Shown here one piece after another: positions 23,429 to 33,809 of a stretch of DNA of 64,000 nt. How positions within the stretch are numbered: position 1 is the stretch's first letter; each line of letters begins with the position of its first letter. Made by a program: the position numbers and the translations under genes. Location of the stretch: assembly GCA_963727775.1 (NCBI GenBank), contig CAVSHB010000001.1:544001-608000 (forward strand), in the 5' to 3' direction. A model generated the notes under the pieces. That model had not been told where the DNA came from. It worked only from the letters and a program-made list of their open reading frames with translations, and ran no database searches. Origin of the DNA: an uncultured Nitrospiraceae bacterium (GTDB taxonomy: Bacteria; Nitrospirota; Thermodesulfovibrionia; Thermodesulfovibrionales; SM23-35).

Positions 23429-25627
23429 ATGAAATCTGTTATACAAAATTACCGCACAGGTGAATTAGTTGTGGCTGATGTGCCCGCTCCGGTTTTAAAG
23501 CCCGGCGGAATACTGGTCCATAATGCGATATCTCTCGTCAGCGCCGGTACAGAGAAATTGATGGTTGAGCTTGCACAAAAAAGCTTGCTGGGCAAGGCCC
23601 GGGAGCGTCCTGACCTCGTTCGTCAAGTCATACAGAAGGTTAAAAAAGACGGAATCCTGTCGACGTATGAGGCAGTTCAAAGCCGTCTTGACAGTCCTGT
23701 ACCATTGGGTTATTCGACAGTCGGCACTGTTGTTTCGGTTGGTGAAGGAGTGGACAATTTTCAGGCTGGAGACAGGGTGGCATGTGCAGGGGCGGGCTAC
23801 GCAAGCCATGCGGAAATAGTTTTCATTCCGAAGAATTTGGCGGTGAAACTTCTTGATGAAGTCGACTTTGAATCGGCAGTTTTTACCACTGTGGGTGCTA
23901 TCGCGTTGCAGGGACTTCGTCTTGCGGAAATACAAATAGGAGAGACCGTAGCTGTCATAGGTTTGGGACTGATCGGTCTGTTGACCGCTCAGCTGGCAAG
24001 GGCTGCCGGTTGCCGTGTGATAGGGATGGATACAAATCCGGAACGATGCTTTGTCGGACAGCGGATTGGAATATCTGAAGCTGTCACTGAAGCAAACGCA
24101 TTAATTGCTCTCTGTAATCGGATTACAGAGGGGCGAGGAGCAGATAAAGTCATCATCACAGCAGGGACAAAAACTAGCGGACCCGTTCATCTTGCCGGAG
24201 AGATAGCAAGGGACAGGGCAATAGTTGTCGCTGTAGGCGCTGTAGGCATGGAAATCCCCCGAAAGACGTATTACGGCAAGGAGCTTACCTTCAGAGTTTC
24301 ACGCTCTTACGGACCCGGCCGCTACGACAATGACTATGAAGAAAAGGGACATGATTATCCAATAGGATATGTGAGATGGACGGAAAACCGGAATATGCAG
24401 GCATTTGTGCAGATGATTGCCGAACATAAAATAGATGTACAGTCTCTCATAACTCACAAGTTCCCTATAGAGAATGCTGTGAAAGCATATGAACTCATCA
24501 CCGGAAAAGGAGCAGAGTCTTTTCTCGGAATTCTCCTTACTTATCCGGAGCAAGCCGACCTATCGAGAAGAATTGAGATAGGAAGTTTAAAGTTCAAAGT
24601 TCAAAGTTCAAAGTTCAAAAAAACGGAACGCGTTAAGATTGGTATGCTTGGTGCTGGCAGCTTCGCCACATCTATCCTGATCCCGGCAATGAAAAAAGTC
24701 GATAATATCGAATTAGCGGGCGTCTGTACTGCTACGGGAGTCAGCGCCAACCACGTTGCACGCAAATTCGGCTTTCGCTATGCAACTACAGATGAGGCCG
24801 AAATCTTGAAGGATCCCGATATCAACACCGTAGCCATTACAACGCGGCACAATCTTCATGCACGGCAAGTTATTGCAGCTCTTAAAGCAGGGAAGCACGT
24901 CTTTGTCGAAAAGCCCCTTTGCATGACTCAGGATGATTTAAAAGAAATAATTGCTGCTTACTCTTCACTTTTGACTCCTGACTTTTCTCCTGTTCTGATG
25001 GTCGGGTACAACCGACGTTTTGCGCCAATGGCTGTCAAAATGAAGGAATTCTTATCAAAAGTGAGCGAACCCCTTATCATGTCGTATCGCGTGAATGCCG
25101 GCTATATTCCGCTGGATCATTGGACTCAAGACCCGCAGCAAGGCGGAGGGCGCATCATCGGCGAAGTATGCCATTTTGTTGATTTCTTGACCTTTCTTTC
25201 AAGCTCACTGCCGAGGCAAGTTTATGCGAGGGCACTGCCGAATCAAAACCGTTACAGGGATGATAATCTTATTATTACAATCGAATTTGAAAACGGTTCA
25301 ATAGGTACAATTATTTATGTTGCTAATGCGGATAAATCGTTCCCGAAAGAACGGGTGGAGGTATTCGGAGGCGGGGCGGTTGCCGTTCTTGAGAACTATA
25401 CAAGGCTTGAGATGAAGAAAAGCGGAAGGGGTACTGTTGAAAGGTCGATACTTCAGCAGGACAAGGGTCATTATGGCGAGTGGAAGGCGTTTGTGAGCAC
25501 TGTCAGCGGCGGTGGACCCGCGCCCATCCCGTTCGAAGAAACAATAGCTGTAGCAAAGACGACATTTTGTATCGTGGATTCGCTCAAACAGTCGGTCCCT
25601 GTGAAAGTATCCTTCCCCACCGAATAA
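23429..25627 (+). CDS. Bi-domain oxidoreductase (Zn-binding ADH-like plus Gfo/Idh/MocA)
   Basis: SLVSAGTE, PLGYS, GLGLIG, SRSYGPGRYD, VRWTENRN; GAGSFA, HVFVEKPL, VGYNRRF, GEVCHFVD. Confidence 0.93.
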   Translation: MKSVIQNYRTGELVVADVPAPVLKPGGILVHNAISLVSAGTEKLMVELAQKSLLGKARERPDLVRQVIQKVKKDGILSTYEAVQSRLDSPVPLGYSTVGTVVSVGEGVDNFQAGDRVACAGAGYASHAEIVFIPKNLAVKLLDEVDFESAVFTTVGAIALQGLRLAEIQIGETVAVIGLGLIGLLTAQLARAAGCRVIGMDTNPERCFVGQRIGISEAVTEANALIALCNRITEGRGADKVIITAGTKTSGPVHLAGEIARDRAIVVAVGAVGMEIPRKTYYGKELTFRVSRSYGPGRYDNDYEEKGHDYPIGYVRWTENRNMQAFVQMIAEHKIDVQSLITHKFPIENAVKAYELITGKGAESFLGILLTYPEQADLSRRIEIGSLKFKVQSSKFKKTERVKIGMLGAGSFATSILIPAMKKVDNIELAGVCTATGVSANHVARKFGFRYATTDEAEILKDPDINTVAITTRHNLHARQVIAALKAGKHVFVEKPLCMTQDDLKEIIAAYSSLLTPDFSPVLMVGYNRRFAPMAVKMKEFLSKVSEPLIMSYRVNAGYIPLDHWTQDPQQGGGRIIGEVCHFVDFLTFLSSSLPRQVYARALPNQNRYRDDNLIITIEFENGSIGTIIYVANADKSFPKERVEVFGGGAVAVLENYTRLEMKKSGRGTVERSILQQDKGHYGEWKAFVSTVSGGGPAPIPFEETIAVAKTTFCIVDSLKQSVPVKVSFPTE
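24583..24617 (+). repeat. Heptamer tandem repeat AAGTT(T/C)A x5 in the interdomain linker
   Basis: AAGTTTA AAGTTCA AAGTTCA AAGTTCA AAGTTCA read directly. Confidence 0.9.
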
Positions 25628-25646
25628 ATACCATTGTGAGAAAAGA

Positions 25647-27548
25647 GTGAAACTATATAATTTTATTGCCTATATTTGGACATTACTTCCTGAATCACTT
25701 CATAAGTTATATTATCGACTAAATTTTAAGCATTCACCATCTTCTTTGTTCTTTCCTAACAGTGTAAAAGAAGTGGAGATTAAAAGCGGATTTATTAAGG
25801 GGATGAAAATGTATCTCAATCCGAGTAAAGAAAGAGGATATTTTTTTGGAACCTATGAAGAGGAGGTGCAGTCTATTTTGTCCAGGCATGTTAAATCAGG
25901 CATGACCGCATTTAATATAGGGGCACACATAGGGTTTTTTACATTAGCGATATCTCGATTGGTTGGTCATGACGGAAAAGTTGTTGCATTTGAGCCTAAT
26001 CCGTCTGTCCGAAAAAGACTTAAGGAAAATTTAAAAATAAACGGAATTGAAAATACCGTAAAGGTGGAAGAGTATGCAGCTAATGATGTTGATGGCTCTG
26101 CAAAATTTTCTCTTGCCCTTAGTGGCTCACAAGGCAGATTTTCTGATCTCCCTTACGTTAAGCCCGGAAATGTTATAGAAGTGCCATGTATAAGTATCGA
26201 CACTTATGTTACAAAGAGCGGCGTCATCCCCGACTTTATTTTTATTGACGTTGAACATGCGGAAGGCCGCGTTCTTAAAGGCATGTCACATGTTATGGAA
26301 AAATACAGACCTCTAATGATTATAGAAATGCACGGAAAGGATTCAATAAAAAACGCATTTGATGAATTACGAAAACATGATTATCTAATCTCTGATTGTC
26401 ATGGAGAAATTATCTCTTCAGTCAATCGGGTTATCTATGGTAACTATTTTGCCGCTCATGTGAGTTATTTCAAAGAAAAAAGTCCTTTAGATAATGTCGG
26501 ATCGAGTTTGAAGGGAAAGCAAAGAAAAAGCACTTTAATGTCCAAGTCGAATTCGCCTATTCTCTTGACTAGCTTGCCTCGTTCAGGTGCTACATTACTC
26601 GGTGCAATACTTAACGCTCATCCAAATATTGCAATGTTTAACGAACCTTGGTTGTTTTTGATGAAGCAAAAATATGGGACACTTCGCAAACGATATAACA
26701 TTAATCTATTAGTTAATAATCTTTGTATTTCAACGGAAAGATTTGGATACAAAATAGATATTCAACTCAAGAAGCAAATATTAGATGATTTATTTGATCG
26801 AAGGGGAAGATTAACATATTTAGAGGCATTTGATATTTTCTTAAGAAACTTTTCAAAAAGTAAAGGGAAAGTTCGTTGGGGGATAAAGCAACCTTCGGAA
26901 CTTTATCATATTGCACTATTGAAAAAACAATTTCCTGATTTAAAGATTTTGCATATTGTGCGAGATCCTCGATCAACCGTTACTTACCGAATTGGGAAAA
27001 CCAGCTTAACCCCTGATGATTTAACACTTATATTGAAATATGCAAAATCTTGGAGAGCCTATATGAAATTCGCCAGAGAATCTTCAGTGTTAAATAGGAC
27101 CAATTATTTAGAAATAAAATATGAAGATTTAGTTTCGGATCCTGCCATATGGGTGGATCGAATTTGTGACTTCATCGGCGAAAAATATAATGCACAGATG
27201 CTTAATTACTATAGATTAAGCAACCCCTATGTACCACAAGATACTGAAGGTAATCCTTCGGTATCCCATAAGGACGTATTACTGCCAATACATACAAGCG
27301 GGATTAATGAATGGCGCAATCTCTTGTCTCCAGCCGAATTGGAAATAGTAGAGATGATATGTGGCGATGAAATGGTAAGGCGCGGATACGAGCGGCTTGG
27401 GACTACTGGGCACTTAACAAAAAAGCAATTTTTACAAACATATATAACTTATTATAAACAAAGAGTAATTCGTTATATGCGTACTGAAATATTTGAAATG
27501 ATGTTTCATAGGCTTCGGAAAGCATATATTTTTGTGAGTAAATCCTAA
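25647..27548 (+). CDS. FkbM-family methyltransferase fused in frame to a sulfotransferase (sulfotransferase may also start at ATG 26538)
   Basis: NIGAHIG, VAFEPNP, FIDVEHAE (FkbM); SLPRSGATLL, WGIKQP, HIVRDPR, IKYEDLV (sulfotransferase PAPS-binding motifs). Confidence 0.85.
   Translation: MKLYNFIAYIWTLLPESLHKLYYRLNFKHSPSSLFFPNSVKEVEIKSGFIKGMKMYLNPSKERGYFFGTYEEEVQSILSRHVKSGMTAFNIGAHIGFFTLAISRLVGHDGKVVAFEPNPSVRKRLKENLKINGIENTVKVEEYAANDVDGSAKFSLALSGSQGRFSDLPYVKPGNVIEVPCISIDTYVTKSGVIPDFIFIDVEHAEGRVLKGMSHVMEKYRPLMIIEMHGKDSIKNAFDELRKHDYLISDCHGEIISSVNRVIYGNYFAAHVSYFKEKSPLDNVGSSLKGKQRKSTLMSKSNSPILLTSLPRSGATLLGAILNAHPNIAMFNEPWLFLMKQKYGTLRKRYNINLLVNNLCISTERFGYKIDIQLKKQILDDLFDRRGRLTYLEAFDIFLRNFSKSKGKVRWGIKQPSELYHIALLKKQFPDLKILHIVRDPRSTVTYRIGKTSLTPDDLTLILKYAKSWRAYMKFARESSVLNRTNYLEIKYEDLVSDPAIWVDRICDFIGEKYNAQMLNYYRLSNPYVPQDTEGNPSVSHKDVLLPIHTSGINEWRNLLSPAELEIVEMICGDEMVRRGYERLGTTGHLTKKQFLQTYITYYKQRVIRYMRTEIFEMMFHRLRKAYIFVSKS
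26457..26509 (+). repeat. 53-bp imperfect direct repeat, copy 1
   Basis: 46/53 identity with 28283-28335 by manual alignment. Confidence 0.9.
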
Positions 27549-27575
27549 GCAATAATTTCTAATGGAGGATTATCT

Positions 27576-28262
27576 GTGAATCTAAAATATATAAATCAAG
27601 TGCGTAAATTTTTCATTAAGACAGAATTAAAAATAATTTTAAAGTTGAAGCTGATTGATACCTATCAACCAATTACAGGTTTCAAAAATCACGATGCATT
27701 AAGGCTGAAGGGTACAATTGATCGGTGGAATGCCATTGAAAAAGAACTGGGAGGGTTTGTAGGTAGTGCAATGGATATCGGTTCCAACAACGGATATTTT
27801 ACTTTTAAACTTGCCAGTATGGGTTATCTTTGCTTGGGGATAGAATCTTCTAAAGCACTTTGCTATATATGTAATTTGACAAAAGAAATAAATACTTTAG
27901 AAAATGCCATATTTTTGAATGCTAAACTTGAAGATGTTATTCATAGATTACCCAAATTTGAGGTTACTATATTTTTGTCGTTATTTCATCATATTGTCCG
28001 TGAGAAAGGATTTGAACATGCTTCTGATATTTTTTCACAACTGTTATCTAAGACAGATCGAGTAATGTTTTTTGAAACTGGACAATCTAACGAAATTAAT
28101 ACTACGTGGGCAAGGGATTTACCTGATATGGGCAAAGAACCAAAAGTATGGCTTCAAGATTATCTTATAAAAGCAGGTGCCACGCGAGTAAAGTGGTTAG
28201 GTGATTTTGAAAGCTTTCTTTCTCCTGTACCTCGATCTTTGTTTGCCGTTTATGCTAAGTGA
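27576..28262 (+). CDS. Class I SAM-dependent methyltransferase
   Basis: AMDIGSNNGYF, FLSLFHH, FFETG. Confidence 0.8.
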   Translation: MNLKYINQVRKFFIKTELKIILKLKLIDTYQPITGFKNHDALRLKGTIDRWNAIEKELGGFVGSAMDIGSNNGYFTFKLASMGYLCLGIESSKALCYICNLTKEINTLENAIFLNAKLEDVIHRLPKFEVTIFLSLFHHIVREKGFEHASDIFSQLLSKTDRVMFFETGQSNEINTTWARDLPDMGKEPKVWLQDYLIKAGATRVKWLGDFESFLSPVPRSLFAVYAK

Positions 28263-28282
28263 TATAAGCTGTAATGTGCTGC

Positions 28283-28335
28283 CATGCAAGCTATTTCAAA
28301 CAAAAAAGTCCTTTAGATAAAGTCGGACCGGGTTT
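28283..28335 (+). repeat. 53-bp imperfect direct repeat, copy 2
   Basis: catgcaagctatttcaaacaaaaaagtcctttagataaagtcggaccgggttt. Confidence 0.9.
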
Positions 28336-28356
28336 ATCATCAGGCCCCACATAGAT

Positions 28357-30196
28357 TTGCTATCCCCGATTTTAAATACTGTTTTAACTCTCGGTGCATC
28401 GAGAATTAAAGTTCGTCTGATGCGGCATGTCAGATACCGATTTCTCTATCCATATCTTGGCCGTATGATCTTTCCTTTGAGTATTAGTAATAAATCAGTC
28501 TCATCAAAATCGGGGTTAAAGAATTTTCATGAAAGCGCAGCCGCTCAATATCTTAACCGACAAAAACTTTTAGTCGATGCGGATAATCTCTGCCATTACC
28601 GTTTCTCTTTTCTGAACCTCCCGCTGCAGGAACTCGGAAACCCTGTGAAATGGGATTTCATGCCGAATGGTGACCGTCTCTGGCAATACAATCTACACTA
28701 CGGTGAATGGGCGCTGACATTGTGCCATGCATATCTTGTTACAAAAGAAGAACGGTTTTTGATGTCCCTGATAAATCTTATCGACGATTGGATCGAGCAT
28801 AATCCCGTCGGTAAAGGCGCCGGCTGGGAGCCTTATCCTATTTCGAGGCGATTGCCGGTGTGGTCACGGGTCGGGCTTTCACTTATGAATAATGATAAGT
28901 TCAGGGAATTTTGGGAAAGCCGGCTTGAGCCGTCATTGCATCAGCAGACAAAGGTATTGGCGTCAAACCTTGAGTTTGACCTATCCAATAACCATCTTAT
29001 CGCCAACTATAAAGCCCTTGCGTGGATGGGCATGCTTTTCCCTCACTGGAACAAAGCTGAAAAATGGAAGAGCACAGGTCTTGACGGACTCTGGGCTGAG
29101 ATGCGGAGGCAGGTCCTCGCCGACGGCGTTCATAATGAACGGAGCATCAGCTATCATACAATCGTGCTTCAGGATATTCTTGAAACATGGATGCTCTGCA
29201 AAGCAACGGGCGATAGAATTCCTGACGACGTCCTGCCGACTCTGAAGCGAATGATACAGTTCCTTGCGGACATGCAGGCGCCTGACGGAAGTTATCCTAT
29301 GCTGAATGACACTGTACCCGGCTATCCCATAAATCCGAAAAGTCTTCTTCTTGCGGGTGGTTTGTTTTTTGGAGATCAAAAATGGATTGCAGCCGGGACT
29401 GGAGCGGATGTTTCCTATGCCGCCTGGCTGACCGGCTTGACTGACATTACATTTCCTGAAGATGGGGTTTCTTCTGCAGAGGGACCTATTGTTTATCCCG
29501 ATGCAGGGTATGCAGTCCTTAAGGATGATACAGGCTGCTGCCTATATTTTGATGCCGGTCCGATGGGGCCGGAACACCTTCCAGGACATGGACATGCCGA
29601 TGCCTTGAGCTTAACTTTGTACGGAAAAACCGGGCCATTGATTGTCGATCCCGGAGTATACAGTTACCATGACAGCGGCTGGCGGAATTATTTCCGCAGC
29701 ACGGCTGCTCATAATACGATAGCTGTCGATGGTCAGGACCAATGCGTGTTCTGGGGCAATTTCCGCGTGGCCTATGCGCCGAAGGCCCATCTGACGGGCT
29801 GGTCCTCGAACTTCGTTTCGGGTGTGCACGAAGGATATAAAAGACTAAAGAAATCTGTTTTTCATAGCCGCAGGATTGATATGAAAGGGAACGGGACCTG
29901 GGAAGTGAGCGACACCCTCGAAGGGAAAGGTGAACATGACTTTGTTTTTACTCTTCAGTTATCGCCAGGCGCCTCCGTCAAAATTCTGAACGATGAGGCT
30001 CTGGTAACTTGGCCCGACGGTACAAGGCTCAAGGTTATTCCATCCTTCATTCCCTGCGCATAGAACAGTATTTATAGAAGACGGCTGGGTATCTTATGGG
30101 TGGAACTTGAAAGAGAAAGCCCCAAGGTATGTCTTGAAATGGCGGTCGGCTCTCCCTGTCAGAACACATCTGATCTTGACAGTTTCAAACAACTGA
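28357..30196 (+). CDS. Heparinase II/III family protein, frameshift near 30050
   Basis: LWQYNLHY, GWEPYPIS, NNHL, DGVHNERSISYH, GHGHADAL, DPGVYSY, RSTAAHNT; a downstream frame continues to TGA at 30196. Confidence 0.88.
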
Positions 30197-31412
30197 ATGA
30201 GAATCATTATTCACACGCAGTATTACCCTCCTGAGATGGGTGCGCCGCAGGCGCGGCTTTCAGACTTGGCGAGGAGGCTGAAGCAACTGGGGCATGAAAT
30301 CGAGATTCTTACAGCCATGCCCAATTATCCTACGGGTAGGATATTTGCCAGGCTACCGGGGCTTTTATATGAAAAACTCGATTGATGACATAGACGTTCA
30401 TCGCTCATGGATCCTCCCATCGAACAAGCTGAGCATCATACATCGTCTGATAAGTTATTTATCTTTCTGCTTCAGTTCCCTGATCACCGGCCTGATAAAA
30501 ACGGGGAAAGCCGATGTCATCATTACTGAAAGCCCCCCTATTTTTCTCGCCGCCGCCGGATTGATGCTTGCAAAAGCAAAGGGCGCGAAATGGATAATGA
30601 ACGTCTCCGACCTTTGGCCGGACTCTGCAAAATACATCGGACTGCTTAGTGAGCAGGGGACCTCTTATCGAATATTGCGCGGGTTGGCGCACTTCCTTTA
30701 CAGAAGGGCTTCTATGGTCACAGGCCAGTCCGCTGAAATCGTTGCTGAGATCAAACGGCAGACGCCGGATGCAAAGGCATACCACCTTTCAAACGGAGTG
30801 GATACGGAGCGGTTCGCTCCCGATAAGATGAGTGAGTCAATAAGGAAACAATATCTCAAAGAAGGTGAGGTAGGGTTCGTTTATGCCGGCTTGCACGGTC
30901 TTTTCCAGGGACTTGACCAAATCCTCCTTGCAGCAGAAAAGGTAAAAGGCAAGCCTGTCCGCTTCATTCTTATAGGTGACGGTCCGGAGAAGCAATTACT
31001 ATTGAAAACGGCAAAGGATCTTCACCTTACGAATGTAGATTTTTATCCGCCGTTATCCCATGATCAAATACCATCGATTCTTGCATCCATGGATACTGCG
31101 GTAATTACACTTAAGTCAACAATAACGGGCGCTGTCCCGTCAAAAATTTATGAGGCAATGGCATCGGGTATTCCGGTACTGCTGGTCGCCAGTGGTGAGG
31201 CGGCAGATATCGTCTTAAAAGCAAAGGCAGGAATTGCGGTTGCGCCCGGAGATATCGACGGTTTTGCCCGCGCAGTTTTAGCCATGATTTCAATTCCTGA
31301 AAGGCGCAGGGAGATGGGCCGGGCCGGACGTTCTCAGGTAGTTGCTTTGTACGACCGCATGAAAATCGCGGAAAGGTTCTCTGAAGCTCTCACCGGATCT
31401 GTTTTGAAATGA
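30197..31412 (+). CDS. Glycosyltransferase family 4 (WbuB-like), frameshift near 30345
   Basis: QYYPPEMGAP, TAMPNYPTG, ESPPIF, DLWPDS, VPSKIYEAMASG. Confidence 0.88.
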
Positions 31413-32464
31413 ATATACAGGAGTATCATAAAGGGATTGAAAAGCTTCAGAAGGGTATGACAATTCAAAAGGTCGATGGAGAACTTCTTTTTGCCAGTAA
31501 AGGCTACACTTTGTTCAGGTCTTCAGACGCGGGCAATACATGGACGGAAGACGGGCGTATAAAGGCAGGGTTGTTGCAGCGGGTATTGAATCCATTTCCG
31601 GTGCTGAGACGAATCAGTCGCGGCGGTATTTACTATGCTCTGACTCCGGAGGATGGTTCAAGATTATGTATTGTCTCCGGTATGATTGTTCGCGCCGAAG
31701 CAGGCTCTCCAATCTATAAATGTGTTTTCCGGTTTTCCAGAGGGTCCCGTCCTTTAAACCTCTGCCGAGGCAGTGACGGAAAAATTTACTGGGGTGAGTA
31801 TTTTCTTAATCTTAGGAGGTCGGAGCCTGTCCGCATTTTCTGCTCGGAAGACGGAGGAAAAAACTGGAGTGTTATATATACCTTCCCCAAGGGAGAAATC
31901 TGCCACGTGCACAGGATAGTCTATGACCCTTATGATAAGGCTTTATTGGTATGTACCGGTGACAGGGACCATGAGGTAGCTATTCTGAAAACAACCGACG
32001 GTTTTAAAACCTTGAGGCCGATAGTTAAGGGGGAACAGCAGTTCCGGACAGCAACTATCGTACCGCTCAAGGAGTGTATTCTTTACGGCACCGACAACCC
32101 CGGCGGAGAAAATTATATAATGTCGATCAATAGAAAAAACGGAATGGTCGGGAAGATCCAGCAAGTACCCGGACCGGTCCTTTATGGCTGTTTGGCGGGA
32201 GGTGCCATAGTGTTTTCCACTATGGTTGAAAAAGGGAACCACGAGGTGACTGTATGGGCCGGCAATGAGCGGTCTTTCAGGTTGATCGTCCACCTTGAAA
32301 CGAGGAAGATGAACTGGTTTTGGCGCGAGGTTGTAGGGTATAGTACGGTTATTCTGCCTGACGGCGACTCGAAGGGAGATTATCTGTACTGTACGCCCAT
32401 CGGCACCAGGCAATACAGCGAAAGGTTGATTAAAATAAATATGGGCGAATGCGGAGAAGCCTGA
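31409..32464 (+). CDS. BNR/Asp-box beta-propeller protein
   Basis: SSDAGNTW, SEDGGKNW, TTDGFKT Asp-boxes; YWGEY, HVH. Confidence 0.7.
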   Translation: MNIQEYHKGIEKLQKGMTIQKVDGELLFASKGYTLFRSSDAGNTWTEDGRIKAGLLQRVLNPFPVLRRISRGGIYYALTPEDGSRLCIVSGMIVRAEAGSPIYKCVFRFSRGSRPLNLCRGSDGKIYWGEYFLNLRRSEPVRIFCSEDGGKNWSVIYTFPKGEICHVHRIVYDPYDKALLVCTGDRDHEVAILKTTDGFKTLRPIVKGEQQFRTATIVPLKECILYGTDNPGGENYIMSINRKNGMVGKIQQVPGPVLYGCLAGGAIVFSTMVEKGNHEVTVWAGNERSFRLIVHLETRKMNWFWREVVGYSTVILPDGDSKGDYLYCTPIGTRQYSERLIKINMGECGEA

Positions 32465-32491
32465 AAAAGGCCTTCAATTAAAAAGACTGCC

Positions 32492-33613
32492 ATGAGGATT
32501 TTGCTGACAGCAGGCGTAAGGCCTAATTTTATGAAGATAGCCCCTCTCGTGCATGAGCTGACAAGATTGCAGACCGGCAGGCGGGACAATTGCAATCTGA
32601 GCTGGAAGCTTGTTCATACCGGGCAGCATTATGATTATGAAATGTCGAAGGTTTTTTTCGAGGAGCTTGATATACCTGAGCCGGATTACTTTCTTGGCGC
32701 CGGTTCGGGCAGCCATGCGGAACAGACGGCAAAAGTTATGGTGGAGTTCGAAAAAGTCTGTCTGGCGGAGAACCCGGATGTTGTTGTAGTTGTCGGTGAT
32801 GTAAATTCAACACTCGCGTGCTCGGTCACGGCGAAGAAGATGCAGATAGATGTTGCTCATGTTGAAGCAGGCTTAAGAAGCCGTGATATGTCGATGCCTG
32901 AGGAGATAAACAGGATTGTGACCGATTCCATTTCCGATTATCTCTTTGTTACGGAAGAGAGCGGTATAGAAAATCTCAGACATGAGGGCAGACAAAGAAG
33001 ACAGATATTTTTTGTCGGAAACATAATGATAGACACTCTTTATTACAGCCTGAAAAAACTGAGGGGCCGTGCTTTCGGTAGGAGCGCCGGTATGAAGGCA
33101 GTTGTCAGTACGGACGAAAGCGAATATGCTGTCCTCACGCTGCACAGACCTTCCAATGTAGACAATAAGGAAAAACTCGGGGATATTCTCTCAGCCCTGG
33201 CAGCAATATCAAAGGATATGAAGATAATTTTCCCGATACATCCGAGGACCCAAAAAAACATAGACACTTTCAACCTGAGCAATCTTCTGAAGTCTTCAAA
33301 TATTAAAGTAATACCTCCGATGCCCTATCTTGAGTTCCTTTGTCTTTGGAAAGACGCTGCGCTTGTGCTTACCGACAGCGGCGGGATACAGGAAGAGACA
33401 ACGGCCCTCGGTATCCCCTGTTTCACCATACGGGACAATACCGAAAGACCCGTCACTATTAAAGAAGGGACAAATATTTTGGTAGGTACTACTGGCAGGG
33501 CCATACTCTCCGCATACAGACGGTTTAAGAGAGGCGACCGGAAGCAGGGAAAGGTCCCGAAATTCTGGGACGGCAAAACAGCGAAGAGAATCATAAACAT
33601 TCTCGTGCGCTGA
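32492..33613 (+). CDS. wecB: UDP-N-acetylglucosamine 2-epimerase (non-hydrolysing)
   Basis: GVRPNFMKIAP, HTGQHYD, HVEAGLRS, MPEEINR, TDSGGIQEE, TERP. Confidence 0.95.
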   Translation: MRILLTAGVRPNFMKIAPLVHELTRLQTGRRDNCNLSWKLVHTGQHYDYEMSKVFFEELDIPEPDYFLGAGSGSHAEQTAKVMVEFEKVCLAENPDVVVVVGDVNSTLACSVTAKKMQIDVAHVEAGLRSRDMSMPEEINRIVTDSISDYLFVTEESGIENLRHEGRQRRQIFFVGNIMIDTLYYSLKKLRGRAFGRSAGMKAVVSTDESEYAVLTLHRPSNVDNKEKLGDILSALAAISKDMKIIFPIHPRTQKNIDTFNLSNLLKSSNIKVIPPMPYLEFLCLWKDAALVLTDSGGIQEETTALGIPCFTIRDNTERPVTIKEGTNILVGTTGRAILSAYRRFKRGDRKQGKVPKFWDGKTAKRIINILVR

Positions 33614-33689
33614 CGGGAAATTCAATTGACGATGAAATACTTTGATCGGATAAAAGCTTAGCCTGTATTGTTTATAATGCATAGAATAG

Positions 33690-33794
33690 CAGAGTAGATG
33701 CTATATCATCGCTCATTCTCGGTCCGCTTTGCGGACCTCCGAGGTATCCCGATAGGAATCGGGATAAAGCCGCTCTGATACAGCATCTACTCTG
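33690..33794. ncRNA. Unassigned structured element, copy 1 (19-bp closing stem plus two inner hairpins)
   Basis: CAGAGTAGATGCTATATCA pairs with TGATACAGCATCTACTCTG (18/19); inner GGTCCGC/GCGGACC and TATCCCGAT/ATCGGGATA; junction sequences shared with 56519-56622. Confidence 0.6.
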
Positions 33795-33809
33795 ATTGGT
33801 CAAAATATT

